The position numbers and the translations under genes were made by a program. Below, piece by piece: positions 12,801 through 24,584 of a stretch of DNA of 64,000 nucleotides (its first letter is position 1; each line of letters opens with the position of its first letter). Under the pieces are notes generated by a model, which saw only the letters and a list, made by a program, of their open reading frames with translations, had not been told where the DNA came from and searched no databases. The DNA is from Octopus sinensis (taxonomy: Eukaryota): assembly GCF_006345805.1 (NCBI RefSeq), contig NC_043003.1:33294001-33358000 (forward strand), written 5' to 3'.

Positions 12801-13096
12801 ATCTATTCTTGTCAGAGTGTCGCACTCTTACCACAACAGTTACTGACACACTTCTATGGTTTTTAGCACTACATGTGTATTTGAGACTCTTATTCATGGC
12901 GAATGCTGCAGTTTTGTGGCTTTCGGTATGTGTATACACGTTACACAAGACATATGGAACAATATTCTGTACCAGTACTGCTTCCATCCAAACAACGGTT
13001 ATATATCTGACTGAAACAAGTGAAAGAACAAAATAATAAAAGAATAAAAGAACACACGCACACACACACAAAAATATATATGTATGTATATATGCA

Positions 13097-13135
<39 letters not shown>

Positions 13136-13859
13136 GCTTGTAAGTGTATTTCTTTAGCTTATATATAAATGAACACTTTTAAGCGCACATCTATAGCACT
13201 GCGAGTTACGATGTTTCGTAAATGAATACATGTTAGCAGCGCACTGCTAATACAAGATAAGACACAAACATTAATTTATAAACCTTTAATATACTTGGTA
13301 GTATAGTATCGTTGCAAAATGAATGAGTGTTTCCTTGCCAGCATTGACATACAGGGGTTGACAAATGGTTTTAGACACATCAGAAATTTTATTTCAAGAA
13401 AGTATATTTAATGGAATTACTTAGATGTATCTAAGTACGTATTTGTGAATTTAATATTTTCTGTACTGCGAGCACTTTTTACATATTTGATATAAATTAC
13501 GCGACATCAGTTTTTCGGATATAACAGAAATCTTTATGCTAACTTTCTGGTGCAAAGGCAGCACGCAGATGTCCAATAAGTATTATCTTTCAGAATAGCT
13601 TTCTTGAGAAAAAATTTTGTTTGTAAGAAGGGAAAAAACGGCCTGAACCTGGGAAAAATAGGTGTTTCTTTGAAGATTTTGAAGCCTGCAGTGGAATACA
13701 TGTTAACGAATGATTATAACCGGAAGAAGAAAAAAGAGGAAGGAAAAAGGCGAACGGGCAGTGAACGAGAAACGTGAAATAGGTGTAAATATTTGAACAG
13801 TTCAAAGAACTGAAAGAAATTGGATACAAGTACGGAAAGACGAAGAGGAACATTCATTT

Positions 13860-14460
13860 AAGCAAAAAACGTGAGGCAAATTTAGGCTGCACAAAATTAT
13901 GGTCTATTACTTCTGTTGATTGAATGAGGTAATTTTTTCTGACACGAAGCAATTTAAGTTCGATGGACCTGACTGCTAGTGCTGTTGGTCAAAAAAAGTT
14001 TTACTGAACAATAGACGGTCGGGTGGGTGGAGTAATAGTATGGGGCATATTTTTCCAACTGGGTATTTTTGTTAGAAAGGAAGGCAGAACTGTTATATCT
14101 TAATATATTAAAGAAAAAGAAGAAATTGTAGATACATTTATCTTCCAGCAGGAAAACGGCCACATTTATGTGGCGAAAACAGTCAAGCAATGGATGCGGG
14201 ACGTGAAAATAAGTCTACTGGAATGGCAGGTGAGAAGTCCAGGGTTGAACTTAACTGAAAATATGAGTAATGTGGGCACAGCTGGTGTGTGACGGACCAG
14301 AAGTGACAAGTAAGGCAGACTTATGGAAACGGGTTTTAGGAACTAAAAGAAAACGGACAGAAGCGAAAAGTGATGTTATAATGAACGTGTTTCTCCAGTA
14401 CAAAGAACGAATAGTGCAATTAATCGGAAAGAAAGGCGTCTATATGGACTATTTAAGCCG
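13860..14460 (+). mobile_element. Tc1/mariner transposase relic (Tc1/Tc3-like)
   Basis: Reads NEVIFSDTKQFKFDGPD, GGVIVWG, FIFQQENGHIY and EWQVRSPGLNLTEN, a degenerate DDE core with multiple stops. TIRs were not identified. Confidence 0.85.
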
Positions 14461-14675
14461 AGCGGTACTGTCTGAAAAATATTGTCACATAATATTAATA
14501 GAATTTTCTTTAGATATTACTTACATTTTCATATACACGACCAAGGAGTGTAATTACAACAGGAATATTATGCCCATTTCTACATTGTCTTAGTTTAAAT
14601 GTTTGTTTATTACTATGTGTTTATATGCACTACCTCTCTGTTGTTCGAAAAAACTTGTTGACACTCTGTATATAA

Positions 14676-14753
<78 letters not shown>

Positions 14754-15859
14754 GCATTTAATTTGCAGAATATAAAGTCTAGAGCTACTAATAGTTTCTG
14801 ACTAGGCAGTTTTTTATAACAAGCCTTGTGCCTTCAAACAATATAATGGCTCTGAGCACATAGTCTGTTCTATTTGAAAACGGGACACTAGTACATGAGA
14901 AATCACGTGAAGAAACAAACGAGAGGGGATGAGAAGGTTGATGCAATAAAAGGAAGTGTGAATAAAAATGGAAAAAGAAAATTGTTGCTCTTGTACCAAT
15001 TGCAGAAAGAAAAATAAATGTAACAATAGTGATTGATCGTATTGAACTAAGTTTGACGTGCGACGAAATAAGTAGAGTTCTGCATTCAATTACTTTACAA
15101 TAGGCTAGCAATTTATTTCGTTTTATCTACTTGGTTTGCATGGTTCTTGGTGTGAATCCACATGCTGAAGCAAATATTTTGTGTTTTGGGGGGGATCATT
15201 ACGCCGATAATAATAAGCACACTTACTGGTTGAATATCACTTCTTTATCATAAGTCAATCAGTTGACTTATAACCAAGTAACTAATCGATCAAAGAGAAA
15301 GGGCGAGTTATTAATGAGATCGGGAATAATGACGAAATGACTATGACAACATGACAAACAATTGACTGTTTAGCCACTATATTAAGCGAACGATCGATTA
15401 GTTAGTTGGTTACATGTTTAGCCGATTGATTAACAATAAGGAAGTGACATTGAGTCCGCGCGTGTGATTAATTTTATTATTGGCGTTATGACCTTCCCAC
15501 AACTAAGCAATATATTACAAATAACTGATGTATCCTACATTGATGCTACACTTCAAATACGTTCCGGAATGGTATATTGCTAGTAATTATTTTATTCTTC
15601 TGATAGATATATATATTTTTTTAGTCATTCTGTTGATGGACGAAACTAAATATAGGTAGATATTTAGGCCGGTGCGTCACTAACTCTCTTATTCCTGTCA
15701 CGTATAATAGATAAAAATACAAAAAGATGGATATAAAAAAAAGAAGCGTCAACGTTCAAATTTCAGTTTCCCATAATATCTTGAGAAAATAATGTGCTTA
15801 GATATTGTAATAGAGTTTGTAACAAGAGAGGAGACAGAGAGATAGGCAGAACGAGAGAG

Positions 15860-16307
15860 GAGAGAGAAGGTGTAAGAGTTAAGGGAAATGTAAAGAAAGA
15901 ATAAATAAGTATAAGCAAAGAAAAATAGATCAAATGTGTTTGGTTATGAAAGATTGATGATATTTTCTCTCTTCATACCTCATTTTCACCAAATGTTTTA
16001 TTCCACTTATATATGAGATGGTTCAGTGTTTGTTTATGTCGTGTGTGTATATGTATGCATGTGTGTGTGTGTGACTGTGTTATGCGTGTCTATCTGTCTA
16101 TGAGTGTGTGTCTGCTGTACTTCGGTGTTTGCTATTTTATTTGAGCTTTTTTACGTCTGTGCGTAACAGAAATACAGAGAGACATTGATTAGTGTATAAA
16201 ATGATACGGAAATATATATCAACTGAGAGAACGGAAGATACATAGTGAAGTGTGTTAGACATAAATACTTCAATAAAAAATACATACGAGTGTATATAGA
16301 TGTATGT

Positions 16308-16356
<49 letters not shown>

Positions 16357-16381
16357 CATATGTAGTTATATATCTATCTAA

Positions 16382-16419
<38 letters not shown>

Positions 16420-16870
16420 GGTGTAAGAGTTAAGGGAAATGTAAAGAAAGAATAAATAAGTATAAGCAAAGAAAAATAGATCAAATGTGTTTGGTTATGA
16501 AAGATTGATGATATTTTCTCTCTTCATACCTCATTTTCACCAAATGTTTTATTCCACTTATATATGAGATGGTTCAGTGTTTGTTTATGTCGTGTGTGTA
16601 TATGTATGCATGTGTGTGTGTGTGACTGTGTTTATGCGTGTCTATCTGTCTATGAGTGTGTGTCTGCTGTACTTCGGTGTTTGCTATTTTATTTGAGCTT
16701 TTTTACGTCTGTGCGTAACAGAAATACAGAGAGACATTGATTAGTGTATAAAATGATACGGAAATATATATCAACTGAGAGAACGGAAGATACATAGTGA
16801 AGTGTGTTAGACATAAATACTTCAATAAAAAATACATACGAGTGTATATAGATGTATGTGTACACACACA
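15860..16870. repeat. Near-identical tandem duplication, period about 551-552 bp
   Basis: AAGGTGTAAGAG starts at 15867 and again at 16418. The copies are essentially identical apart from microsatellite length. Confidence 0.95.
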
Positions 16871-16877
16871 CACACAC

Positions 16878-16991
<114 letters not shown>

Positions 16992-17337
16992 TATATATAT
17001 ATATACATATATAGACATATATACATACTAATATGTATATATATATATATATACTTATATATACATATATATACATATACATATATACATATATATATAC
17101 ATATATACATATATAGACATATATACATACTAATATGTATATATATATATATATATATATACACTCATACGTACACACACACACGTATGTACGTATGTAT
17201 TAGTTCGAAAGTCCTGTCGCATTATAGACATAATCAATTTGAGGGTAAGATTTCAATAATAACCGCAAAAATGGGCATTAATTTTTTGCATTAATTTTTA
17301 CATTACAATGTTTTTTTGTTTTTTCTTTTCTTTGCAG

Positions 17338-17574
17338 GGTAATTTATACAAAAGTAGGTTAATTCCTATCGGTTTATCCATATGAAGCCCTTCAAGCTGA
17401 AAGGGGATGCTTCAGGAATGGAAACGACAAAAATATTCGTTTGTCTATGGAAAAGAAGATACAAGTGTTTGGACATGTCAACAATTTTTTTGGTCAGTTT
17501 CGTTCGAGAAATATTTCCCAAGCAGCTCCTCCTCGCTCTGGACAATCAAGTTCTATCAACACTATCACTGCTAT
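17338..17574 (+). other. Candidate exon (5'UTR plus possible start) of an unidentified host gene
   Basis: A long polypyrimidine tract ends in TTTGCAG (AG at 17336-17337). All three frames are stopped just after the acceptor, and ATGs occur at 17382, 17407, 17418 and 17447. The donor GTATAT at 17575 is weak. Confidence 0.25.
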
Positions 17575-17994
17575 GTATATATATATATATATGAATACAT
17601 ACCGGAGTATGCACATAAATGTGAAACAAGGTGGAAAAAAGAGTACTCAAATACCAGAAGTAGAGTAATATGCTTTATTTGAAAGCAGCAGAAGTATAGC
17701 AAAAGCTGTTACTCAGAGTTTCACGTTCCAGTTCATCGGAGAGTTTTGTTAAACTAGAACAGAAATAACGATATGATCAAAACTAGTTAAAAGACACACC
17801 TTTAAAAATGGATTTGTTTCATTGTTCCTTTCAAATAACGGTCTTAAGCATGCAATGAAGAAAATGAACAAAATAAATGTATTCAATATAAATTGATCCT
17901 ATTATAAAAATCGAGGAAAAACCTTAAATCGAAGAGCGGATTCAAAATTCTGTCTTGCCGAACGGGAACGTGAAACTCTGAGTAACAACTTTTG

Positions 17995-18051
17995 TTATAT
18001 TTCTGCTGCTTTTAAAGTATATATATATATATTATATATATATATATATAT

Positions 18052-18085
<34 letters not shown>

Positions 18086-18490
18086 AATATATATATATAT
18101 ATGTATATGTATATATATACATATATATATATACATATATATACATACATATATATATATATACATATATATATACATATATACATATATATACATATAT
18201 ACATAATATACATATATATACATATATACATATATATATATATATACATATATATACATATATATACATATATACATATATATACATATATACATATTAT
18301 ATATATATATGTTATATATATATATATATATAGATATATATGTATATATGTATATATATATATATTATATATATATATGTATATATATATATTATATATA
18401 TATATGTATAATATATATATATAATATATATATATACATATATGTATATATTTATATATATATATATGTATATATATATATACACATACA

Positions 18491-18527
<37 letters not shown>

Positions 18528-18545
18528 GTATATATATATTCATAT
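17995..18545. repeat. Long imperfect (TA)n/(TACA)n microsatellite, representative of dozens in the window
   Basis: Seen directly. Confidence 0.98.
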
Positions 18546-19495
18546 ATAGATGTCCCGATGCTCCCTCAACTGACCACCTATTCATTTTTAGTAATTTATA
18601 AATAAGCTGACTCAACTGAAATTGAAGTAAGGATAGATGTGTCTGAATGTATCACAGACAGTGTACCTTTATCATATTTCTGAAACATAGTAGAGGTGAC
18701 ATTTAGTTAGAATACTGGGCCATTGAATTTCATGTGCAGTTAATTTGGTGGTCTTCCAGATTGTTTCTGCCAATTCAATCTCTCTTGGGTGGCTTGACTC
18801 GACTCGAAGCTATAGCAAATGACACCCAAGACAGCATGCATTGAAATGTCACCCAAGTCCTCATAAAAATAAAATGATATTTTCAACTATTCTGACATGG
18901 AGATATACATCTAATGTAAACGCAAGGAACAGAAAATAAACCAAGGCAACAACAAAATAAAAAGTTTTAAAAAATAAGGGGAAAGCATATCTTTGACTCA
19001 TGAGATAGATGTATTTTTGCGAGATAGACATTCAAAATAACATATATGCATACGTTTCGTAAGTTGGAAATCTACAATGGCGAATTCGATAGAATTAAAT
19101 CCAGGCAATCACAAAATAAAAAGAAATATTTCTTTCTAATACTTGACATAGATATATTTTTGTGAGATAGACATGCAAAATAACATGTATCTATTTACAT
19201 CAATTGCAGGATATCTGCAATGACGAATTCACTATAATGGGATCCATCTGTGCAACTTGACAGAAAACGGAACGCAAATACTTTTTGGGTTGGATTTGCA
19301 CTGAATTTATCAGTGATGTATCTGGCTAATATTTACTGATGCAGCTCGTATTCAGGGTGACAATTTTTTATATCAGAAACATCTACAAATGATATTTCGA
19401 AATTGAGCATATGTATATGTGTGTGTTCGCGTGCACGTTCTTGTATATATATATATATAATCCAAATAAGTAACAGGATATCAAGAAGTGATGCA

Positions 19496-19640
19496 GTAAC
19501 TTAGCGGTTCGGCAAAATAGACCGATAGAATAAGCACTAGGCTTACGAAGAATAAGTCCTGGGGTCGATTTGCTCGACTAAAGGTGGTGCTCCAGCATGG
19601 CCACAGTCAAATGACTGAAACAAGTAAAAGAGTAAAGAGT
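19496..19640 (+). mobile_element. OR-type SINE 3' half
   Basis: GTAACTTAGCGGTTCGGC...GTCGATTTGCTCGACTAAAGG...ACTGAAACAAGTAAAAGAGTAAAGAGT. Confidence 0.85.
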
Positions 19641-19910
19641 ATGATATCACGTAAAGTTTAAAATGATTGTACTGAAGACAGTTTTCGGAGAAAGCCTCTT
19701 ATAAAGTATACTCTTTGTTAACTCCTTAACATATCTTTTACTTCAGATGGGATGACTATTGTTAGTGGCTCGTCCTCAAGAAGTAATCATTAAATATGAA
19801 ACAAAATCGGAGACATAATCGATCTATAATATCATACTGCGACTATATTTCTAAGTTGATAATAATCAATATGCTGCACATCCTTATTGGTATATATATA
19901 TATATATATA

Positions 19911-20067
19911 CAACGGGCTTCTTCAGTTTCTGTCTGCCAAATCCACTCACGAGGCTTTGGTCAGCCCGAGGATATAGTAAAATACACTTGCCCTAAGCTG
20001 CCACGCAGTGGGACTGAACCTAGAACAATGTGGTTGGTAAGCAAGCTACTTACCACACAGCCACACC
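19911..20067 (-). mobile_element. OR-type SINE 5' half
   Basis: Reverse complement of the GGCTGTGTGGTAAG...GGTTCAGTCCCACTGCGTGGC head. Confidence 0.85.
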
Positions 20068-20179
20068 AAGCGTACATTCTCTCGCCCTCTTTGTTTCTCT
20101 CTCTCCCTCTGTTGCCGTCTCTCTCTCGCTCTTTCTCTTCACGCATATAAGAAAAGATACATATAGTTTAAGTGTATAT

Positions 20180-20597
20180 TATTTCTTTACTGCCCACAAG
20201 GGGCTACACACAGAGGGGGCAAACCAGGACACACAAACGGATTAAGTCGATTATATCGACCCCAGTTCATAACGGGTACTTATTCAATCGACCCCGAAAG
20301 GATGAAAGGCAAAGTCGACCTCGGCGGAATTTGAACTCAGAACGTAGCAGTAGACGAAATACCTATTTTTTTTACTACGCACGAGGGGCTAAACACAGAG
20401 AGGACAAACAAGAACAGACAAATGGATTAAGTCGTCAATATCGACCCCAGTGCGTAACTGGTACTTATTTAATCGACCCCGAAAGAATGAAAGGCAAAGT
20501 CGACCTCGGCGGAATTTGAACTCAGAACGTAGCGGCAGACGAAATACCGCTAAGCATTTCGCCCAGCGTGCTAGTGTTTCTGCCATCTCACCGCCTT
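20180..20597 (-). mobile_element. Dimeric tRNA-derived SINE (Meta/MESC-like central domain) with a 20-bp TSD
   Basis: B box GAGTTCAAATTCC and central GTCGACTTTGCCTTTCATCCTTTCGGGGTCGAT each occur twice. The TSD CATATAGTTTAAGTGTATAT is at 20160-20179 and 20598-20617. Confidence 0.9.
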
Positions 20598-21128
20598 CAT
20601 ATAGTTTAAGTGTATATGATATATTAGAAGTTTCACTGTCTCCAGAGAAAAGTTGATTTTCAACATCATTATTCTATTTCCAACCGAAAGCGGGGCTTTT
20701 GCAATTCGAGGAATGTAATCTTGTTTCTCGTCGTGGTAAATTATCCGCACATTACTTCATCTAAATCTTTCTAGTATTTTGTGTAACAAGAGAGAGTCTA
20801 CCGAAAAACGCACATTTATCGCATACGTAATGATATATAAAAATGCGAGCACGCCATACATCTTATATATTTATATGCATGCATGAAACAAGACATACAT
20901 AAGCGTGTGTTTACCTACATGCAGGTAATCACACACAGGCATACACACGCACGCGCGCGTGCACACGCAGGCATTTATAAATAGACATACACACACCTGT
21001 ACGCGGAGCATGTGACAGTCAATCCACATACACAAACGCAAATGATTTATATACAAGCAAATATATATCTGCAGATACATGCATATATACATAAATATCT
21101 ATCTATCTATCATCTATTCTATCTATTA

Positions 21129-21172
<44 letters not shown>

Positions 21173-21228
21173 ACTATCTATATCTATATCTATCTACTCT
21201 ATCTATCTATCTATCTATTATCTATCTA

Positions 21229-21297
<69 letters not shown>

Positions 21298-21419
21298 CAA
21301 CAATCAAGGAACGGCCATAATAGGCCATTCACCCACTAGAAATAACAGCCAAAGCTTCAACCGCAAATAAAGATTAATTCCGTAAACGGAGAAAATTTAA
21401 AAAAACATTTACCCTGTAA

Positions 21420-21520
21420 TTTCTTGTACATGCCCGTTTCATCTGCTGTTAATGGTAAACTAACCTGATTAAATTAAATCAAGCCAATCTTCCATAGGCC
21501 CTCAGATCTTCAGCAAGAAA
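21420..21520 (-). ncRNA. Type I hammerhead ribozyme, copy A
   Basis: Stem I TTTCTTG/CAAGAAA (7 bp), CTGAAGA, stem II TCTG...CAGA(T), GAAA, a short stem III and a GUA cleavage triplet (predicted cut between 21427 and 21426). Confidence 0.8.
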
Positions 21521-21917
21521 TAGCCAAGTCGGAACAGATATTTTCACGAGCATTTCAGACCTTGCAAGGTAATATCTATCTGACCTAAAATTTTCAAATC
21601 GTCGCACTCGCGCCAAATTTATCGGCAGCAAATAAATATAAGCCGTCGATTCCATTACGGAATTACCAGAAAATTCATAATTATCAATATAGGGTGGAAA
21701 AAAAAATTTTGTAGAATTCTTTTGCCACCAGCAGGCCTAGTGGGAAAAAATTAAATAGTCATAGACCATTTTAAGTTCAACATCAACAATCAAGGAACGG
21801 CCATAATAGGCCATTACGCACTAGAAATAACAGCCAAAGCTTCAACCGCAAATAAAGATTAATTCCGTAAACAGAGAAAATTTAAAAAACATTTACCCTG
21901 TAAAAAACATTTACCTA

Positions 21918-22021
21918 TTTCTTGCTGAAGAATCTGAGGGCCTATGGAAGATTGGCTTGATTTAATTTAATCAGGTTAGTTTACCATTCAACAGCAGATG
22001 AAACGGTGCATCGTACAGAAA
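21918..22021 (+). ncRNA. Type I hammerhead ribozyme, copy C
   Basis: TTTCTTG (21918-24), CTGAAGA (21925-31), ATCTG/CAGAT stem II, GAAA (22000-03), stem III ACG/CGT and H17 = A22015. The stem I 3' strand CAGAAA is one A short relative to copy A. Confidence 0.8.
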
Positions 22022-22289
22022 TTACAGGGTAAATGTTTTTTAAATTTTCTCCTGTTTACGGAATTAATCTTTATTTGCGGTTGAAGCTTTGGCTGTTATT
22101 TCTAGTGGTGAATGGCCTATTATGGCCGTTCCTTGTTGTTGATGTTGAACTTAAAAATGGTCCTAGACTATTTAAATTTTTCCCACTAGGGCGCTGGTGG
22201 CAAAAAGAATTCTACAAATTTTTTTTTGCCACCCTATATTGATTAATTATATATATATATATATATATTATATATAATATCAAATAAAA

Positions 22290-22740
22290 AAATGGGACAA
22301 GAACGCAAAATAACCGGACAACTAGGTGATACAAAACTGCACAACAAAACATCCAGATAGACGATACAAACAAACGGGTCATTCGAAGCCTTTTATCTGC
22401 AGTCAAGGACCGGATCATCCTCGCAATTTCGGCTGATTAATCTTGAGATTGCTCCAATCTGGCCAGCCCCAAGGAAAAACTAAGCTAAGAACATTGGAGT
22501 CCTTGGAAAAAAACATCGAATGTATACGAAACAAGGACGGAAAAACAGACAATGTTACACGGATATAAATACAAAATACAATAAAAACAATAATAATAAT
22601 AACACGACATAACAATAGGTGTCTTTCGACTGGGACCGAATTGAATTCAGCGTGTATGGAAATGAAGTCTTACGGCAGAGGGAAGACTATCGATGTGGCA
22701 ATGACCACGATCAAACGCAAAAGGGCTAGCAGTCGGCCAA
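22290..22740 (-). repeat. Unclassified interspersed repeat 'family P' (possibly a Penelope pseudo-LTR), long copy
   Basis: The core GGGTCATTCGAAGCC...CAGCCCCAAGGAAAAACTAAGCT recurs at 23050-23310, 57720-58110 (opposite strand), 62545-62755 and 63025-63225. The repeat is certain but the classification is inferred. Confidence 0.7.
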
Positions 22741-23049
22741 CGGTCTCGTGAGAAGAGAAGAGAGAGAAAAAGAGGAACAAAGGAATTAAGGAGGGGAGAA
22801 GAGAGAGAGATAGCGAGAGAGAGTGTGTAACAGTAAATAGACGGAAGAATCAAGGAATGGCGAGAAAAAAAAGAGAGACAGGGACATAGTGAAGTGCGAA
22901 GTGAGTAAGAAAGGCAAAGAAATGTGAGAGGGAGTGGGGAGAAAGATTTGAAAAAGTCGTACAAAATTTAGTGAAATGTGTACTTACTTATAAGAGAACA
23001 AAGTGTACGTACGCCGCTCTCTCTCTATATATATATATATTATAAACTA

Positions 23050-23310
23050 CAAAATGGAGACAAGACACAAAACATCCGGACAATTAGTTGATACAAAAGG
23101 GGACAACAAACCATCCAGATAGGCGATACAAAAAAAAAACACACGGACGGGTCATTCGAAGCCTTTTATCTGCAGTCAAGAACCGGATCATCCTCGCAAT
23201 TTTGGCTGATTAATCTTGAGATTACACCAATCTGGCCAGCCCCAAGGAAAAACTAAGCTACGAGCATTAGATTCCTTCGAAAAAAAGCATCAAATGTATA
23301 CGAAACATCA
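23050..23310 (-). repeat. Family P, second direct copy
   Basis: Direct homology to 22290-22560. Confidence 0.75.
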
Positions 23311-23399
23311 TTCGTAGCTATAATCACACATGGTTGTACGATGTGCACATATCTTACACTTCTCTATGTTGACCCGTGTCTCCGAATACTTTGACAGCG

Positions 23400-23810
23400 G
23401 TGCTAACTAACTATCCGCTCAGTCGAAATCGACTCTCCGTTACTCGATGAATCAGTGTTCTCCAGCCAGTTCGATCCTGGATCGCTTCTCTCAGACTGGC
23501 CATGGCCATTCCCGTGTCACTCCTGATGGTGTCAAGCCACCGGGTTCTTGGTCGGCGTCTTCCTCTCTTGCCACTGACCATTCCGAGCATGACGTTCTTC
23601 CCCAGGGATTTTCTCCGCATCGACCAAAATATGTGAATCTATGCTTGGTGATCTTAGCTTCTAGCGACATTTTCGGCTTGATCTGGGTAAGAACTTCTCC
23701 ATTGGTGAGTCTCGCTGTACATGGAATCCGTAAAAGTCATCTCCAACACAAAAGCTCGAATGCATTAATTCTCTTCTGGTCAGCTTTCTGGTCAGCGGGG
23801 CACCTCTGTA
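23400..23810 (-). mobile_element. RTE-clade (BovB-like) LINE 3' fragment
   Basis: Reads KADQKRINAFELLCWRRLLRIPCTAR and KSLGKNVMLGMVSGKRGRRRPRTRWLDTI...HRVTESRFRLSG*, followed by a TTAGTTAG tail. Confidence 0.9.
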
Positions 23811-24120
23811 AAATGTATTTATGAATAAGTAGAGTTTGTATACGTATGCAAACTTTATAAACGATGTAGAGATGTCCACACCTGCAGATAGCCTCACATT
23901 TGGAAACAGTCTTCGTTTTGTGGGATAAAAAGATTGAGAAAGAGATACAGATACTGATGGGGTGAAAAAACGACAAATTAAGACAGTTTTTGCGAGAGAA
24001 AAATTAAAAAGGTTAAATATGGTGATAGAAGAAATACAATTAAAATGTAAAGAAGGAAATGAAAGAAGGGTAAGCAAATGTTCTGATTATTTAGAATATT
24101 CTTTTATTCTTATATTATTT

Positions 24121-24351
24121 TTTTTACTTGTTTCAATCATTTTGACTGCGGCCATGCTAGAGCACCACTTTTAGTCGAACAAATCGAACTCAGGACTTAT
24201 TCTTTGTAAGTCTAGTACTTATTCTATCGGGCTCTTTGGTCGAACCGCTAAGTTTCGGGGTCGTAAACATACCAACTTCTGTTGTCAAGCGACGTTAGTG
24301 GGGGCGGACAAACACAAATGCATACATACATATATGTATATACATACATGC

Positions 24352-24434
<83 letters not shown>

Positions 24435-24584
24435 GACAGGCTTCTTTCAGTTTCCGTCTACCATATCCACTCAAAAGGCCTTGGTCGTGCCGAAGCTATA
24501 ACAGAAGACACTTGCCCAAGTTGCCACGTGGTTGGAAACCATTTGGTTGGGCAGCAGGCATTTTACCACACAGCCACTTCTGCA
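24121..24584 (-). mobile_element. OR-type SINE, full length with internal microsatellite
   Basis: Both halves are present around the (TACA)n/(TA)n tract at 24320-24432. Confidence 0.9.

Larger units (their letters stand above)
21296..22250. mobile_element. Hammerhead-containing 486-bp repeat unit in tandem plus inverted arrangement (retrozyme/PLE-like)
   Basis: ATCAACAATCAAGG at 21296 and 21782 gives a period of 486. 21677-21902 is the reverse complement of 22023-22250. Flanked by (TA)n, with no credible ORF. Confidence 0.8.
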
